A stretch of 64,000 bases of DNA from Verrucomicrobiales bacterium (GCA_047638715.1 JBLIMK010000004.1:4524-68523); one strand, 5' to 3'. Numbered from the stretch's first letter, positions 35,491 to 45,513 are shown. The notes: generated by a model from the sequence alone, not told the origin. Translations and numbers: made by a program.

Positions 35491-35500
35491 ACCTTCAAGC

Positions 35501-36175
35501 GTGGAGTTTCTTGTCGAACATAAAGACGGGCCTACACCCGTCGTGCACCTGACATTCGAAGTGGGCGAGTCGCTCACCGCCTTAACCGACGCGCTTGCCC
35601 TCGCCGCCAACGCCGGTGACGACGCCGAAATCTGGGTCCATGGCACGACCCCCGAACGCACCACGGCGTTGGAAGCCTCTGGCATGCGCTCAAACCGAAC
35701 CCTCCTGCAAATGCGCTGCCCGCTGCCCACGCCGTCGACGGACCTGGCCACAAGAGCTTTCACCGAGGACGACATCAACGACTTTGTCGAGGTCAACAAT
35801 CGGGCGTTTCATTGGCACCCCGAGCAATCTGGTCTGACCCCCGACGCTGTCCGCGTTGATATGGCCAACGACTGGTTCTCGGCCGACGGATTTCGGCTTC
35901 ACCACATCGACGGCAGGCTGGCCGGCTTCTGTTGGACAAAGATCCACACCGATCCCGAACCCTTGGGCGAGATCTACGTGATCGCCGTCGACCCCGACTT
36001 TCACGGAAGACGCCTCGGCACGGCCCTCACCCTTTCGGGATTGGATTGGCTCAGCGATCAAGGTCTGACGACCGGCATGCTCTACGTCGAGTCAGACAAT
36101 GAGGCCGCCATCGCCACGTACAAAAAGATTGGCTTCGAAACGTTTCGAACCGACACATTGTGGGAGAGGTCATGA
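35501..36175 (+). CDS. mshD: mycothiol synthase (MshD), short form with reduced N-terminal GNAT domain
   Basis: NNRAFHWHPEQSG, GFCWTKIH, GEIYVIAVDP..GRRLG and MLYVESDNEAAIATYKKIGF match remembered MshD motifs. 224 aa; GTG start, not extendable upstream (in-frame stop). Confidence 0.75.
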   Translation: MEFLVEHKDGPTPVVHLTFEVGESLTALTDALALAANAGDDAEIWVHGTTPERTTALEASGMRSNRTLLQMRCPLPTPSTDLATRAFTEDDINDFVEVNNRAFHWHPEQSGLTPDAVRVDMANDWFSADGFRLHHIDGRLAGFCWTKIHTDPEPLGEIYVIAVDPDFHGRRLGTALTLSGLDWLSDQGLTTGMLYVESDNEAAIATYKKIGFETFRTDTLWERS

Positions 36176-37236
36176 ACACGGTCGAAACCCGCTATCAGCT
36201 CGATCGCGATGAGATGGGCAGCCTCCTCGCTGACCACCCCGCCTACCGAGTGGAACAACTGTGGCAAGGCCTCTACGAAGAGGGTCTCGATATCGCGGAG
36301 ATCACGACCTTGCCCAAGAAACTTCGAGCAGAGCTCGACGCACGTCTCCCGTCTGCACTGCACGATCGAACGGTTCGGGTGAGCGAGGGAGGCGAAACAC
36401 ACAAGTGGCTGTGGGGACTTCCCGATGGTGATGCCGTAGAGACCGTCCTGATGCACTACACCGGTCGGTCCACGGTCTGCGTCAGCAGCCAGGCTGGTTG
36501 TGCGATGGCCTGCGGCTTCTGCGCAACGGGGCAAGAAGGATTTCGTCGACACCTCACGACGGGCGAGATCGTCGAACAAGTGGTTCGAGCCCGAGAAGCA
36601 GCCAAGCCGAGACGGCTATCGAACGTCGTGTTCATGGGCATGGGCGAACCGCTGGCCAACTACGACGCCGTATGGGGTGCGGTCCGGCGGATCCATGGCG
36701 ACCTCGGCCTATCGGCGCGCCACATCACCATGAGCACAGTGGGCCTCATTCCTGGCATCAAACGGATGGCCGAGGAACAACTGCCGGTGAGTCTCGCAGT
36801 CTCACTCCACGCGGCAACGAACGAACTCCGTTCCGAACTCGTTCCGATCAACAAGCGGTATCCGATCGAGGATCTCGCCGAGGCGTGTGCTGGCTACGTC
36901 GCTGCCTCGGGTCGGCGCTTGAGTTTCGAATGGGCCCTGATCGCGGATGTCAATGACACCGAAGAACAAGCCATTGCCCTGGCCGAGCTGTGTCGAGAAC
37001 TGCGTGCTCACGTGAACCTGATCCCCTTGAACCCAACTCCGGGCTACCTCACCGTCGGCACCGACACCGCCGGAGTAGCGAGGTTCCAGAAGTGGCTCCT
37101 CGACCGTGGCACGAACGCGACCATCCGTCGCAATCGGGGAACCGACATCGATGCTGCGTGCGGCCAGTTGCGAGCGAGCCAGAACAAGACGTCCACTTCG
37201 GTTGCGACACCGACCCGGCGACCGAAGTCGAGTTAG
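36172..37236 (+). CDS. rlmN: 23S rRNA/tRNA adenine-C2 methyltransferase, radical SAM
   Basis: GGAGAGG RBS, then an ATG overlapping the mshD stop (ATGA). CAMACGFCATG radical-SAM cluster, GMGEPL, IPLNP. Confidence 0.9.
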   Translation: MNTVETRYQLDRDEMGSLLADHPAYRVEQLWQGLYEEGLDIAEITTLPKKLRAELDARLPSALHDRTVRVSEGGETHKWLWGLPDGDAVETVLMHYTGRSTVCVSSQAGCAMACGFCATGQEGFRRHLTTGEIVEQVVRAREAAKPRRLSNVVFMGMGEPLANYDAVWGAVRRIHGDLGLSARHITMSTVGLIPGIKRMAEEQLPVSLAVSLHAATNELRSELVPINKRYPIEDLAEACAGYVAASGRRLSFEWALIADVNDTEEQAIALAELCRELRAHVNLIPLNPTPGYLTVGTDTAGVARFQKWLLDRGTNATIRRNRGTDIDAACGQLRASQNKTSTSVATPTRRPKSS

Positions 37237-37302
37237 CAGACCACAAACTCTGGCCCTTGGGGACCAGAGTTTGCGACCGTTCGTGCACTACCCTGGCTCT
37301 CG

Positions 37303-38223
37303 ATGGCAGATCGATACGCATTCCAAAGCCCGTTCTCCCGCGGATCTGGCTCAACCCCGTGGTTCACCATTGGTTCGGTTGGGGTCACGACCACGGTCGC
37401 GATCTCGGGCATGGCCATCATTGGGCTCTTCGTCCTCGCCATCGAGCAGAACTCAGGGCCCATTGGCTCAGCGCTCGTCCTGACCGACGATGCACTCTTT
37501 GGCGGCCAGCTCTGGCGTCTCTTCACCTGGCCGATCGCCATCATCTCGAGCCGTCAGCTCTTCGGCCAATTTCTCTCGGCAATATTCTTCTTCTCGATCG
37601 GCACCCAGATGGAGATGCGCCTCGGGCGGCGGGCATATACCTGGATGATCGGTTTGATCACGGTTGTTCCAGCGGTCCTTGGCTCGTTGGTCGCCGCAAT
37701 CTCGAACTTCGGTGTCTTCGAAACCGGCCTTAGCGTCTTGTTCCTCGGCGTCGCCGTCGGCTTCGCCGCGTCGATGCCTCACGCCCGATCCTTCTTCAAC
37801 ATTCCCTTCTGGATACTCGTCGCCGTGATCTTCGGCATCACCATTTTGGGCGACCTCGCCGACGGCAATATGCCGGCACTCGTCATGCATCTGACCGCAG
37901 GAGCGCTCGGTCTAGTGGTCGTCAAGTCGCTCGGTTATGCACCCGAGGTCGAATGGGCGCCGAGCATCCCCCTGCCCGCTTCGATGACGAGCGAGGGGTC
38001 AACCCCATCGGCTTCTAGAAAACGCACGAAGCGCCCCAAGAGGATGAAGAGGGGCAAGGGTTCGGCCCACCTTCAATCGGTACCCTCATCGGCAGCATCT
38101 GAAGCCGAGATCGATTCACTTCTCGATCAGGTGAATGATCAGGGCCTCGACAGTCTGACGAAGCAGCAAAAAGCCACGCTCGAACGCCACGCAAAAGAGA
38201 TGCGTAAGCGTCGAGACTCCTGA
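37303..38223 (+). CDS. rhomboid-family membrane protein with Lys/Arg-rich and helical C-terminal tail
   Basis: The WRLFTWP motif, six predicted TM helices, and GLS and H..AG..G motifs. The tail includes ...RKRTKRPKRMKRGKG... and IDSLLDQVNDQGLDSLTKQQKATLE. Confidence 0.65.
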   Translation: MADRYAFQSPFSRGSGSTPWFTIGSVGVTTTVAISGMAIIGLFVLAIEQNSGPIGSALVLTDDALFGGQLWRLFTWPIAIISSRQLFGQFLSAIFFFSIGTQMEMRLGRRAYTWMIGLITVVPAVLGSLVAAISNFGVFETGLSVLFLGVAVGFAASMPHARSFFNIPFWILVAVIFGITILGDLADGNMPALVMHLTAGALGLVVVKSLGYAPEVEWAPSIPLPASMTSEGSTPSASRKRTKRPKRMKRGKGSAHLQSVPSSAASEAEIDSLLDQVNDQGLDSLTKQQKATLERHAKEMRKRRDS

Positions 38224-38267
38224 GCCAGGCCCGACGGTGAATCTCCGACGGTTCGTGCCCGACGGTG

Positions 38268-38846
38268 TTACTCCCCAGAGATGAGTCGAGCTGCTACCGC
38301 TGCGATCTGCAGGCGGTTGGCCGAGATCGCACTCCAGGCTTCAGCGACTCGAGCGGGACGACCCTCGATCGCAACCACGAGCAAGTCATCGTCCAGTCGG
38401 TTCACGAGCACTGCGCCTCGCGACGTCGATGTAACCGAGTCGATGAACGAACCAACGGCGTCATGCTCGAGCAGGTCGAGCTCGGCACGGACCGATGCAG
38501 CCACATGGATAAGTGCACGACGCATCGCCTCTTGCTCGCCGGAGGTGATCAGGCTGACGAGCGGTTGTGCTGCTTCACCACGAAACAACATCGCTCCGGC
38601 GAACCCCGGAGTCCACGTCGCCATGTTCTCGAACAACGCGTCGAGTTGGCTCAGCATCTGGGGGTCGACATCTTCAGCGGTGATGCCGCTACCGGCGGAA
38701 CGGATGCGCTTGTTTCGATCCGAAGCTGCAAGAGCGGCGCGGCGCGCCGTGTCTGCCACTTCACTCTCTCGGTCATCCAAACCGTCAAACGCGCTCGTCA
38801 CCGCGTGGACGTTATCTGGCCGAACGTTCGAAGCGAGGGAACGCAC
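38268..38846 (-). CDS. hypothetical protein (possibly Roadblock/LC7-like C-terminal domain)
   Basis: Chosen over two overlapping plus-strand ORFs because its composition is normal, whereas those are Arg/Ser-rich. GTG start uncertain. Confidence 0.45.
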   Translation of the reverse strand: MRSLASNVRPDNVHAVTSAFDGLDDRESEVADTARRAALAASDRNKRIRSAGSGITAEDVDPQMLSQLDALFENMATWTPGFAGAMLFRGEAAQPLVSLITSGEQEAMRRALIHVAASVRAELDLLEHDAVGSFIDSVTSTSRGAVLVNRLDDDLLVVAIEGRPARVAEAWSAISANRLQIAAVAARLISGE

Positions 38847-38895
38847 CTTGCGCGCAGAGCGGGTAGCACTCCCCGTGACCTTCTAGCCTGGTGAA

Positions 38896-39642
38896 GTGAA
38901 CGCAACGCCCAAATCACCATCGGCCGGACCCCTCCCAAGCCTCGATCAACCCCTTCCACAGGGTTCTGAGAAGGCTGAGGCGGTTCAAGCAATGTTCGAC
39001 ACGATCGCGCCTAGGTACGACCTGGTGAACCGGATAATGACGTTTCGCCTCGACGTTCGGTGGCGTCGAATAGCGATCGAGTCGCTTGGGTTAGGCGAAG
39101 GAGCAGTCGTCCTCGATCTCGCGACTGGTACTGGCGACTTCTGCCGAGAACTCTCCGAACGTGGCTATTCATCGATCGGCGCCGACTTCAGCTTCGGGAT
39201 GCTCGCAGCGGCACGCACCTCTGAGCCGCTCGTGCAAGGTGACGGCATGGACCTTCCACTTGCCAATTCGTCGGTCGACGGCGCAACGTGCGGCTTCGCA
39301 TTGCGAAACTTCGTCGATCTCGAACGGGTCTTCGCAGAGCTCGCGCGCGTCGTTCGGCCAGGAGGACGTATTGCGTTGCTCGATGCCAGCCAGCCCGACA
39401 ACGCTCTCATGCGATTCGGGCACGGCCTCTACTTTGGCAAGCTCGTTCCTTTTGTTGGCGGTCTGTTGTCGAACAAGGAGGCGTACGGCTACCTGCCACG
39501 CTCGCTCGCCTACCTCCCTCCGCGCTCTGAGCTTCTCGCCGTCCTCGAGCGGTCAGGGTTCAGCGACGTTCGCCATCAACAATTGACTATGGGTGCAGCA
39601 CAGTTACTCACCGGCACACGGACCAGCGACCTACAGCACTAG
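38896..39642 (+). CDS. menG: demethylmenaquinone methyltransferase (UbiE/MenG family)
   Basis: VQAMFDTIAPRYDLVNRIMTF, the SAM motif VLDLATGTGD, and RVVRPGGRIALLD. Confidence 0.85.
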   Translation: MNATPKSPSAGPLPSLDQPLPQGSEKAEAVQAMFDTIAPRYDLVNRIMTFRLDVRWRRIAIESLGLGEGAVVLDLATGTGDFCRELSERGYSSIGADFSFGMLAAARTSEPLVQGDGMDLPLANSSVDGATCGFALRNFVDLERVFAELARVVRPGGRIALLDASQPDNALMRFGHGLYFGKLVPFVGGLLSNKEAYGYLPRSLAYLPPRSELLAVLERSGFSDVRHQQLTMGAAQLLTGTRTSDLQH

Positions 39643-40515
39643 ACCGAGCGTCATGCCCAGGCCCGCGACCAGCTGCGTTCGGCCCGTGGCTTCGAGAACG
39701 GGAATCAGCGACCGTCCGACAGCCCCGCTACGCACGGTGCGGAGTGCTGGGATTGCGGTGACGACGCCGAAGAGCGCGAGCAAGAGCGGCGCGCGCCCCG
39801 TCGTGAGTGCAACGACAGCGATGAGTGCGAACGCGCCGGCCATCGAGCCGACATAAATCCATCGCGTTGGGCCGTCGCCGAGACGAACAGCGAGTGTTCG
39901 TTTGCCAGCTTCGGCGTCGCCGATCCGATCGCGCAGATTGTTGATCACCAGCAGTGCGGTGGCGAACACGCCGACGGGGACCGAGAGCACCGCGGCGACC
40001 CCCGATAACGACTCCGTTTGTACATACGCCGAGCCGACCGTCGCAACGACACCGAAGAAGATGAAGACGAAGACTTCACCGAGCCCCAGGTAGCCGTATG
40101 GAGTGCTCCCACCCGTGTAGAACCAGCCAGCGGCGATCGAGGCTGCTCCGACCACCAAGAGCCATGGATTGACGGCGATCGATAGCGCCAAGCCAACCAG
40201 CCCAGCTACAGCGAACGACCCGAGCATCGCTTTCTTGACCGAGCTTGACGAAGCGGCGCCGGAGCCGACCAATCGCAACGGTCCAACGCGATCGTCGTCC
40301 GTTCCCCGGATGCCGTCGCTGTAGTCGTTTGCGTAATTGGTCGCGATCTGAAGGGCGACCGCGACGACCATGGCGGCCGCTGCACGCCACAGTGTGAACA
40401 CATCGTCGGCCACCGCTGCTGTTCCGACGGCTACAGGCACGACGGCCGCAGGGAGCGTCTTTGGGCGGGCCCCGGCGACCCAGAGCGCGAGGCCGGTTGG
40501 ATGTTGGGTGGGCAT
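39631..40515 (-). CDS. menA: 1,4-dihydroxy-2-naphthoate polyprenyltransferase
   Basis: ATG 40515. UbiA-fold membrane protein with NDYSDGIRGTDD and NNLRDRIGD Asp-rich motifs. Convergent 12-nt overlap with menG. Confidence 0.85.
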   Translation of the reverse strand: MPTQHPTGLALWVAGARPKTLPAAVVPVAVGTAAVADDVFTLWRAAAAMVVAVALQIATNYANDYSDGIRGTDDDRVGPLRLVGSGAASSSSVKKAMLGSFAVAGLVGLALSIAVNPWLLVVGAASIAAGWFYTGGSTPYGYLGLGEVFVFIFFGVVATVGSAYVQTESLSGVAAVLSVPVGVFATALLVINNLRDRIGDAEAGKRTLAVRLGDGPTRWIYVGSMAGAFALIAVVALTTGRAPLLLALFGVVTAIPALRTVRSGAVGRSLIPVLEATGRTQLVAGLGMTLGLVL

Positions 40516-40520
40516 CCGGG

Positions 40521-41156
40521 TCAACGTATCGCTCCCCAGTGACCCTGGTAGGTATTGCCGTGTCCCGAGCCGGCCTGCCGTTGCGCTGACTGGCTCTGGC
40601 GATCGTTCGCTGGATCTGGGTGGCCCAGCGCAATAGTTCCCAACGCTCGTCGGCCTTCGGGCACGCCAAATCGGGTTCGCACGGCGTCCTCGTGATCGAA
40701 CTGGCCAAAGAAACACGCGCCCAGGTCGAGGCCATGTGCCGCGAGCAGGACATTTTCGACCGCTGCTCCCCCGTCGACCCACCAGTAGGGCACGGGCCAC
40801 GCCGTCTCGCCATTTCCTAGCCCCGTACGCGCCTTGTCAGCCTCTGCGTACCGTTCGACGTAGGCGGATGGGTCGACGTACGCGAGGAGCAGCACAGGAG
40901 CTCGCAGAAGGCCTGGCCATGGAAACGTGGGGCGCCGCTCGTTGCCCAGCGTCAGGTCCCAGTAGCTATCGACCTCGGCGCCGAGGAGCACCACGATGTC
41001 GAGAGAGCGAGTGTTGCCAGCGCTCGGGCCTCGATGTGCGGCGCTCAGGATCGCGTCGAGAGCACTCGCGTCCACCGCGTCTTGGAGGTATGCCCGCACC
41101 ATTCGGCGCGACTTGATGACATCGATGAGAGCCGCAAAAGTATCCGCGTGAGGCAC
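40521..41156 (-). CDS. nitroreductase-family flavoprotein
   Basis: RRMVRAY, GPSAGNT and ACFFG motifs. I preferred GTG 41156, 2 nt after the upstream stop; the alternative ATG 41198 overlaps the upstream gene by 41 nt. Confidence 0.7.
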   Translation of the reverse strand: MPHADTFAALIDVIKSRRMVRAYLQDAVDASALDAILSAAHRGPSAGNTRSLDIVVLLGAEVDSYWDLTLGNERRPTFPWPGLLRAPVLLLAYVDPSAYVERYAEADKARTGLGNGETAWPVPYWWVDGGAAVENVLLAAHGLDLGACFFGQFDHEDAVRTRFGVPEGRRALGTIALGHPDPANDRQSQSAQRQAGSGHGNTYQGHWGAIR

Positions 41157-41157
41157 C

Positions 41158-41832
41158 TCAGGCGAACTTGGCAAGGTCCTCTGACATCGCCCAGCCAAAT
41201 GCGATCAGGACATCGCCGTTCGATGGATCGAGGTCGTCGAAGTAGGCAGCGACAACAGGATCGACCGACTCTGGCTTCGTCGACTCGTGATCAAAAGCGC
41301 ACGGTATGGAGCCGTTGCCCTTCGAGCTGAAGGCCCGGTCGGCGTAGCGAAGCGGCGAGATTCCGAAACGTTTGGCGAAGCGGCGACCCCAGGCACGCTC
41401 CTCACCAGAGGTTTTGTGCTCGGGTCGAGGGACGACGTCGTTGAAGCTCTTCAACATCTCAAACCCAGCGGACGTTTGCATCCGGAGGCCCACGACAACA
41501 TCTTCATCGGGGAAAGCCATGACGGCTCGATGCATAAGGTCGGTGACCATGCCACGCATGACACTGTCGCGACGCGAGTTACGACCGATCGAGCCCAAAC
41601 CAATGATGATCGCCGGAGTGCCACCGATGCGCTCGAGTGTGTAATACGCGAAACCCTTAAGGCGACCGTTGTCAAGAGCCTGGCAGCAGAGCACCCATTC
41701 TTCGGCCTGTTTCGACAAGTCGCCAGCCTCATAGGGCAGCGGCGAGTCGGCGCACAGGTCGGCCATATCCGAGATATCGGCATCGCCTAGTGCGTTGCAG
41801 TCTTTCGTTTCAACTTCGAGTGCCATTGCCAC
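41158..41832 (-). CDS. hypothetical protein
   Basis: 224-aa ORF with normal composition, tightly followed by the nitroreductase and menA genes. No family recognised. Confidence 0.55.
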   Translation of the reverse strand: MAMALEVETKDCNALGDADISDMADLCADSPLPYEAGDLSKQAEEWVLCCQALDNGRLKGFAYYTLERIGGTPAIIIGLGSIGRNSRRDSVMRGMVTDLMHRAVMAFPDEDVVVGLRMQTSAGFEMLKSFNDVVPRPEHKTSGEERAWGRRFAKRFGISPLRYADRAFSSKGNGSIPCAFDHESTKPESVDPVVAAYFDDLDPSNGDVLIAFGWAMSEDLAKFA

Positions 41833-41973
41833 GTCGCTTTGCTGTTGATTGTCGCCCGTCTAGTCCAGTCGATGGAACCCCAAGAGCGCAAACCGAGAGG
41901 CGAATGCCGATGGTCCGAGCGGCCCGGTCGGAGCGCCACGAGTGAAAGAGGGAGGCGGAGTCGGATAAGTGGG

Positions 41974-44900
41974 TCAAACAACGACGGCGTCGGGCCCGAG
42001 TAAGACACGCAGCTCCGCGACAAGGCCGTTGCCTGTTTCTACACGATACGTCTCTGGAAGTCGGATGACTTGCGTGCCGTCGAGGTGCAGGAACACTTCG
42101 GACTGGCCGGAGTGATCTTGGAGGAGATGTTTCAACGAATCGAGCGTGCCGGGGTCTTGTGCGTGGGTAGGCAGTCGCAACCGGAGGGGTTGGCTTTCGG
42201 CCATCTGTGAAGAGTCGAAAATCTCGAGGTCTTGGGCGATGAACTTGGGAATGTCATCCTTGCCATCGAGGCGGCCACGCACGACGACGATCGAGTCGTC
42301 GATCAGTTTGTGTCCATGTTCGGTCATCGTCCGAGGAAAGACCATCACCTCGATCGACCCTTCCAGATCTTCGAGCTCGAAGATCGCCATCAGGTCACCC
42401 TTGCGGGTCCACTTCTTCTGGAGGTTCGTGATGACACCGCCGACCCGCAAGAACGCTCCGTCCTGTTCGTCCTCGAGCGCGCCGACGGTTTTATCGCAGC
42501 GACGGCCGAGCGCGGCCTCATATCCCAAGATTGGGTGGTCCGAGATATAGAGCCCGAGCATTTCCTTCTCGTGTGCGAGTTTGGGCATCTTCTCGAACTC
42601 GACGTCGGGAATATCGGGGCGGTCGTCGAACGTGGGCTCATCGCCCAAACTTCCGAACAACGTTGCGACACCGATGTCGTGATCTTTCCTCGACGCCACC
42701 GTGCGATCGATGATGAGCTCGTAGACGTTGAGCAAACCTTTGCGGGGGTGACCCAACGTGTCGAACGAGCCCGCCTTGATGAGCGACTCGATCGTGCGCT
42801 TGTTCAACACCGCGTAGTCGACGCGTTCAACGAAGTTCAGGAAGCTATCAAAGGGCCCGTTTGTGTCGCGCTCAGCGATGATTTGTTCGACCAGCGCCTC
42901 GCCGACGTTTCGGACTGCCGACATTCCAAAGACGATCTCGCCCTTGGTTTCTGACTCATCGAGGTTCGGCTCGGGATGGAAGTCGACTCGGGCACGATTG
43001 ATGTCGGGCACAACGACGTGGATGCCCATCACCCTGCACTCGTTCAGGTAGACCGCCGCCTTGTCGAGGCTACCTTTCACCGACGTGAGCAAGGCCGCCA
43101 GATACTCGACCGGGTAGTGCGCTTTCAACCATGCGATTTGATACGCGACGTAGCCGTAGCCGTAGCTGTGGCTCTTGTTGAACGCATAGTCGGCGAACGG
43201 TTCGATGATCTTCCACCACTCTTCGCCGAGAGGGCGGCCGTAGCCGGTTGTTTCACAGCCGTCGACGAACTTGGCCTTCTCCTGCTGCATGACCTCGCGG
43301 ATCTTCTTGCCGCAGGCCTTTCGTAGCGAGTCGGCGTCGGCGAGGGAGTAACCAGCGAACTTTTGCGCCACCCGCATCATCGACTCTTGATAGATCATCA
43401 GGCCGTAGGTGTCGCCCAGGATCTCGCCCGCATCCTCGTGCAACAACGTGACCTCTTGACGGCCGTTCTTGCGATCGGCGTAGTCGTTGTGCATGTTCGC
43501 TTCCATCGGGCCTGGCCGATAGAGGGCGACAAGAGCAGCTACATCTTCGAACTCGGTGGGTCCGAGCGATTTCATCAGCGAACGCATCGGGCTCGATTCG
43601 AGCTGGAAGACCCCGATCGTGTCGCCGCGCTGGAGAAGGTCGTACGTGGCTTGATCTTCAAGATTGACGTTGTCGATGTCGACTTCGATGCCCCTGGTTT
43701 CGCCGATCATGCGAAGTGTGTCGTCGATGACATCGAGGTTTCTCAGGCCGAGGAAGTCCATCTTGAGGAGACCGAGAGATTCGACGCCGTTCATCTCGTA
43801 TTGCGTGACAACCGGAGCATCTTCTGGGTCTTGGCCAGCCTCGGGCTTGCGTTGGATCGGGAGGTAATCGGTGAGCGGATCTTTGGTAATCACCACCGCC
43901 GCGGCGTGGATCCCATCGGAACGGCGGAGGCCTTCGAGACCCTTCGCTACCTCGACCACTTCGGCCACGACAGAATCGGTGGCCACCATCTCGCGCAGGT
44001 CGTTCGCCTGGGCATAACCGCCTTCGTACTTCGGATGCTTTTCAAAGCAGTACTGAAGTGGGGTGTCGCGACCCATGATGAGCGGCGGCATCGCCTTCGC
44101 GACCTTGTCGCCTACCGCGTAAGGGTAGCCGAGCACTCGGGCCGCATCACGAACCGCAGCCCGAGCCTTAATCTGAGAGAACGTCACAATCTGTGCGACA
44201 TGGTCTCGGCCGTATCGCTCCGCGCAATAGCGGATCATCTGATCTCGATAACGAGAGTCGAAATCCATGTCGATATCGGGCATCGATATACGCGACGGGT
44301 TCAAGAACCGCTCGAAGAGCAGGTCGTACTTGATTGGATCGAGGTCGGTGATCCAGAGGCAGTACGCCACGGCGCAGCCGGCCGCAGATCCACGCCCAGG
44401 ACCCACACGGATCTCGTTGTCGCGGGCGTACTTGATGAGGTCCCAGGTGATGATGAAGTAGGACGAGAACCCCATGTCCTTGATGACCTTGAGCTCGAAG
44501 AGCAATCGGTCATGTGCCTTGTCGGGAACGTTGTCGCCCCAGCGCTTCTTGGCACCCTCCATTGTGAGATGGAGAAGATATTCGTCATCGTCGGTAAAAC
44601 CAGCGGGCAACGGAAAGCTGGGGAGCTGTGGCTCGCCGAATTCGATCTCGACATTACAGCGTTCGGCAATCCACAAGCTGTTGTCGCATGCGACCTCGAC
44701 CTCGCGCCACATATCGCGCATCTCGGCCGCACTCTTCAGGTAGTGCTGATCTCCGTGAAACTTGAAACGATCGGGGTCGCTGCGTAGCGACCCGGTTTGC
44801 ACACACAACAACGCATCGTGGGCCCCATGATCGGCCTGATTGGTGTAATGGCTGTCGTTCGTCGCCAAGATCGGAGCACCGATCTTCTTTGCGATCTCGA

Positions 44901-45513
44901 GCAGTTGCGGGTTTGTCCGGATCTGCTCGGGGATGCCGTGATCTTGAAGCTCGACGAACATGTTGTCGCGACCGAAGATGTCTTGCAGCCGTCCAGCGCG
45001 GGCGACGGCTTCGTCAAAGTTCCCCGCCATAAGCGCTTGGAGAACCTGGCCACCAAGACAACCAGTGGTGGCGATGAGACCCTCAGAGTGCTGATCGAGC
45101 AGCTCCCAATCGACACGAGGTTTGTAGTAGTAACCCTCCATGAAGGCCTTCGAGGCCAGCTGGATCATGTTCTTGTAGCCAGTGTTGTTCTCGGCCAAAA
45201 GAATCAGGTGATAGTAGAGCTTCCCGCCACCGGTGGTGCTTCCGCCGGAGTCATCGAGCTTGCCACGACGCGACGGACGCTCCGAGCGGTGCTCGTGGGC
45301 CATATAGGCCTCGGTGCCGATGATGGGCTTGATACCAGCCTTATTGCACGACTTGTAGAAGTCGAGGACGCCGTACATGTTTCCATGGTCGGTGATTCCG
45401 AGCGCTGGCTGGCCGTCGGCTGCGGCGGCAGCGACAAGGTCATCGAGGCGCGATGCTCCATCGAGCATCGAGAATTCAGTATGAACATGGAGATGGGTGA
45501 ACGACCCAGCCAT
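41974..45513 (-). CDS. dnaE: DNA polymerase III alpha subunit
   Basis: 1179 aa. N-terminal PHP domain (FTHLHVHTEFSMLDG), polymerase core, and an OB-fold C-terminus. Confidence 0.97.
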   Translation of the reverse strand: MAGSFTHLHVHTEFSMLDGASRLDDLVAAAAADGQPALGITDHGNMYGVLDFYKSCNKAGIKPIIGTEAYMAHEHRSERPSRRGKLDDSGGSTTGGGKLYYHLILLAENNTGYKNMIQLASKAFMEGYYYKPRVDWELLDQHSEGLIATTGCLGGQVLQALMAGNFDEAVARAGRLQDIFGRDNMFVELQDHGIPEQIRTNPQLLEIAKKIGAPILATNDSHYTNQADHGAHDALLCVQTGSLRSDPDRFKFHGDQHYLKSAAEMRDMWREVEVACDNSLWIAERCNVEIEFGEPQLPSFPLPAGFTDDDEYLLHLTMEGAKKRWGDNVPDKAHDRLLFELKVIKDMGFSSYFIITWDLIKYARDNEIRVGPGRGSAAGCAVAYCLWITDLDPIKYDLLFERFLNPSRISMPDIDMDFDSRYRDQMIRYCAERYGRDHVAQIVTFSQIKARAAVRDAARVLGYPYAVGDKVAKAMPPLIMGRDTPLQYCFEKHPKYEGGYAQANDLREMVATDSVVAEVVEVAKGLEGLRRSDGIHAAAVVITKDPLTDYLPIQRKPEAGQDPEDAPVVTQYEMNGVESLGLLKMDFLGLRNLDVIDDTLRMIGETRGIEVDIDNVNLEDQATYDLLQRGDTIGVFQLESSPMRSLMKSLGPTEFEDVAALVALYRPGPMEANMHNDYADRKNGRQEVTLLHEDAGEILGDTYGLMIYQESMMRVAQKFAGYSLADADSLRKACGKKIREVMQQEKAKFVDGCETTGYGRPLGEEWWKIIEPFADYAFNKSHSYGYGYVAYQIAWLKAHYPVEYLAALLTSVKGSLDKAAVYLNECRVMGIHVVVPDINRARVDFHPEPNLDESETKGEIVFGMSAVRNVGEALVEQIIAERDTNGPFDSFLNFVERVDYAVLNKRTIESLIKAGSFDTLGHPRKGLLNVYELIIDRTVASRKDHDIGVATLFGSLGDEPTFDDRPDIPDVEFEKMPKLAHEKEMLGLYISDHPILGYEAALGRRCDKTVGALEDEQDGAFLRVGGVITNLQKKWTRKGDLMAIFELEDLEGSIEVMVFPRTMTEHGHKLIDDSIVVVRGRLDGKDDIPKFIAQDLEIFDSSQMAESQPLRLRLPTHAQDPGTLDSLKHLLQDHSGQSEVFLHLDGTQVIRLPETYRVETGNGLVAELRVLLGPDAVVV

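Noticed and set aside
38265-38894. Two ~200-aa plus-strand ORFs overlapping the minus-strand hypothetical gene
   Set aside because: Both are Arg/Ser/Thr-rich with odd composition. The minus-strand frame has normal amino-acid usage, but the call remains low-confidence.
43363-44787. 474-aa ORF antisense to dnaE (plus several 100-265-aa ORFs in the same gene)
   Set aside because: Opposite strand of an unambiguous 1179-aa DnaE; composition typical of a GC-rich shadow ORF.
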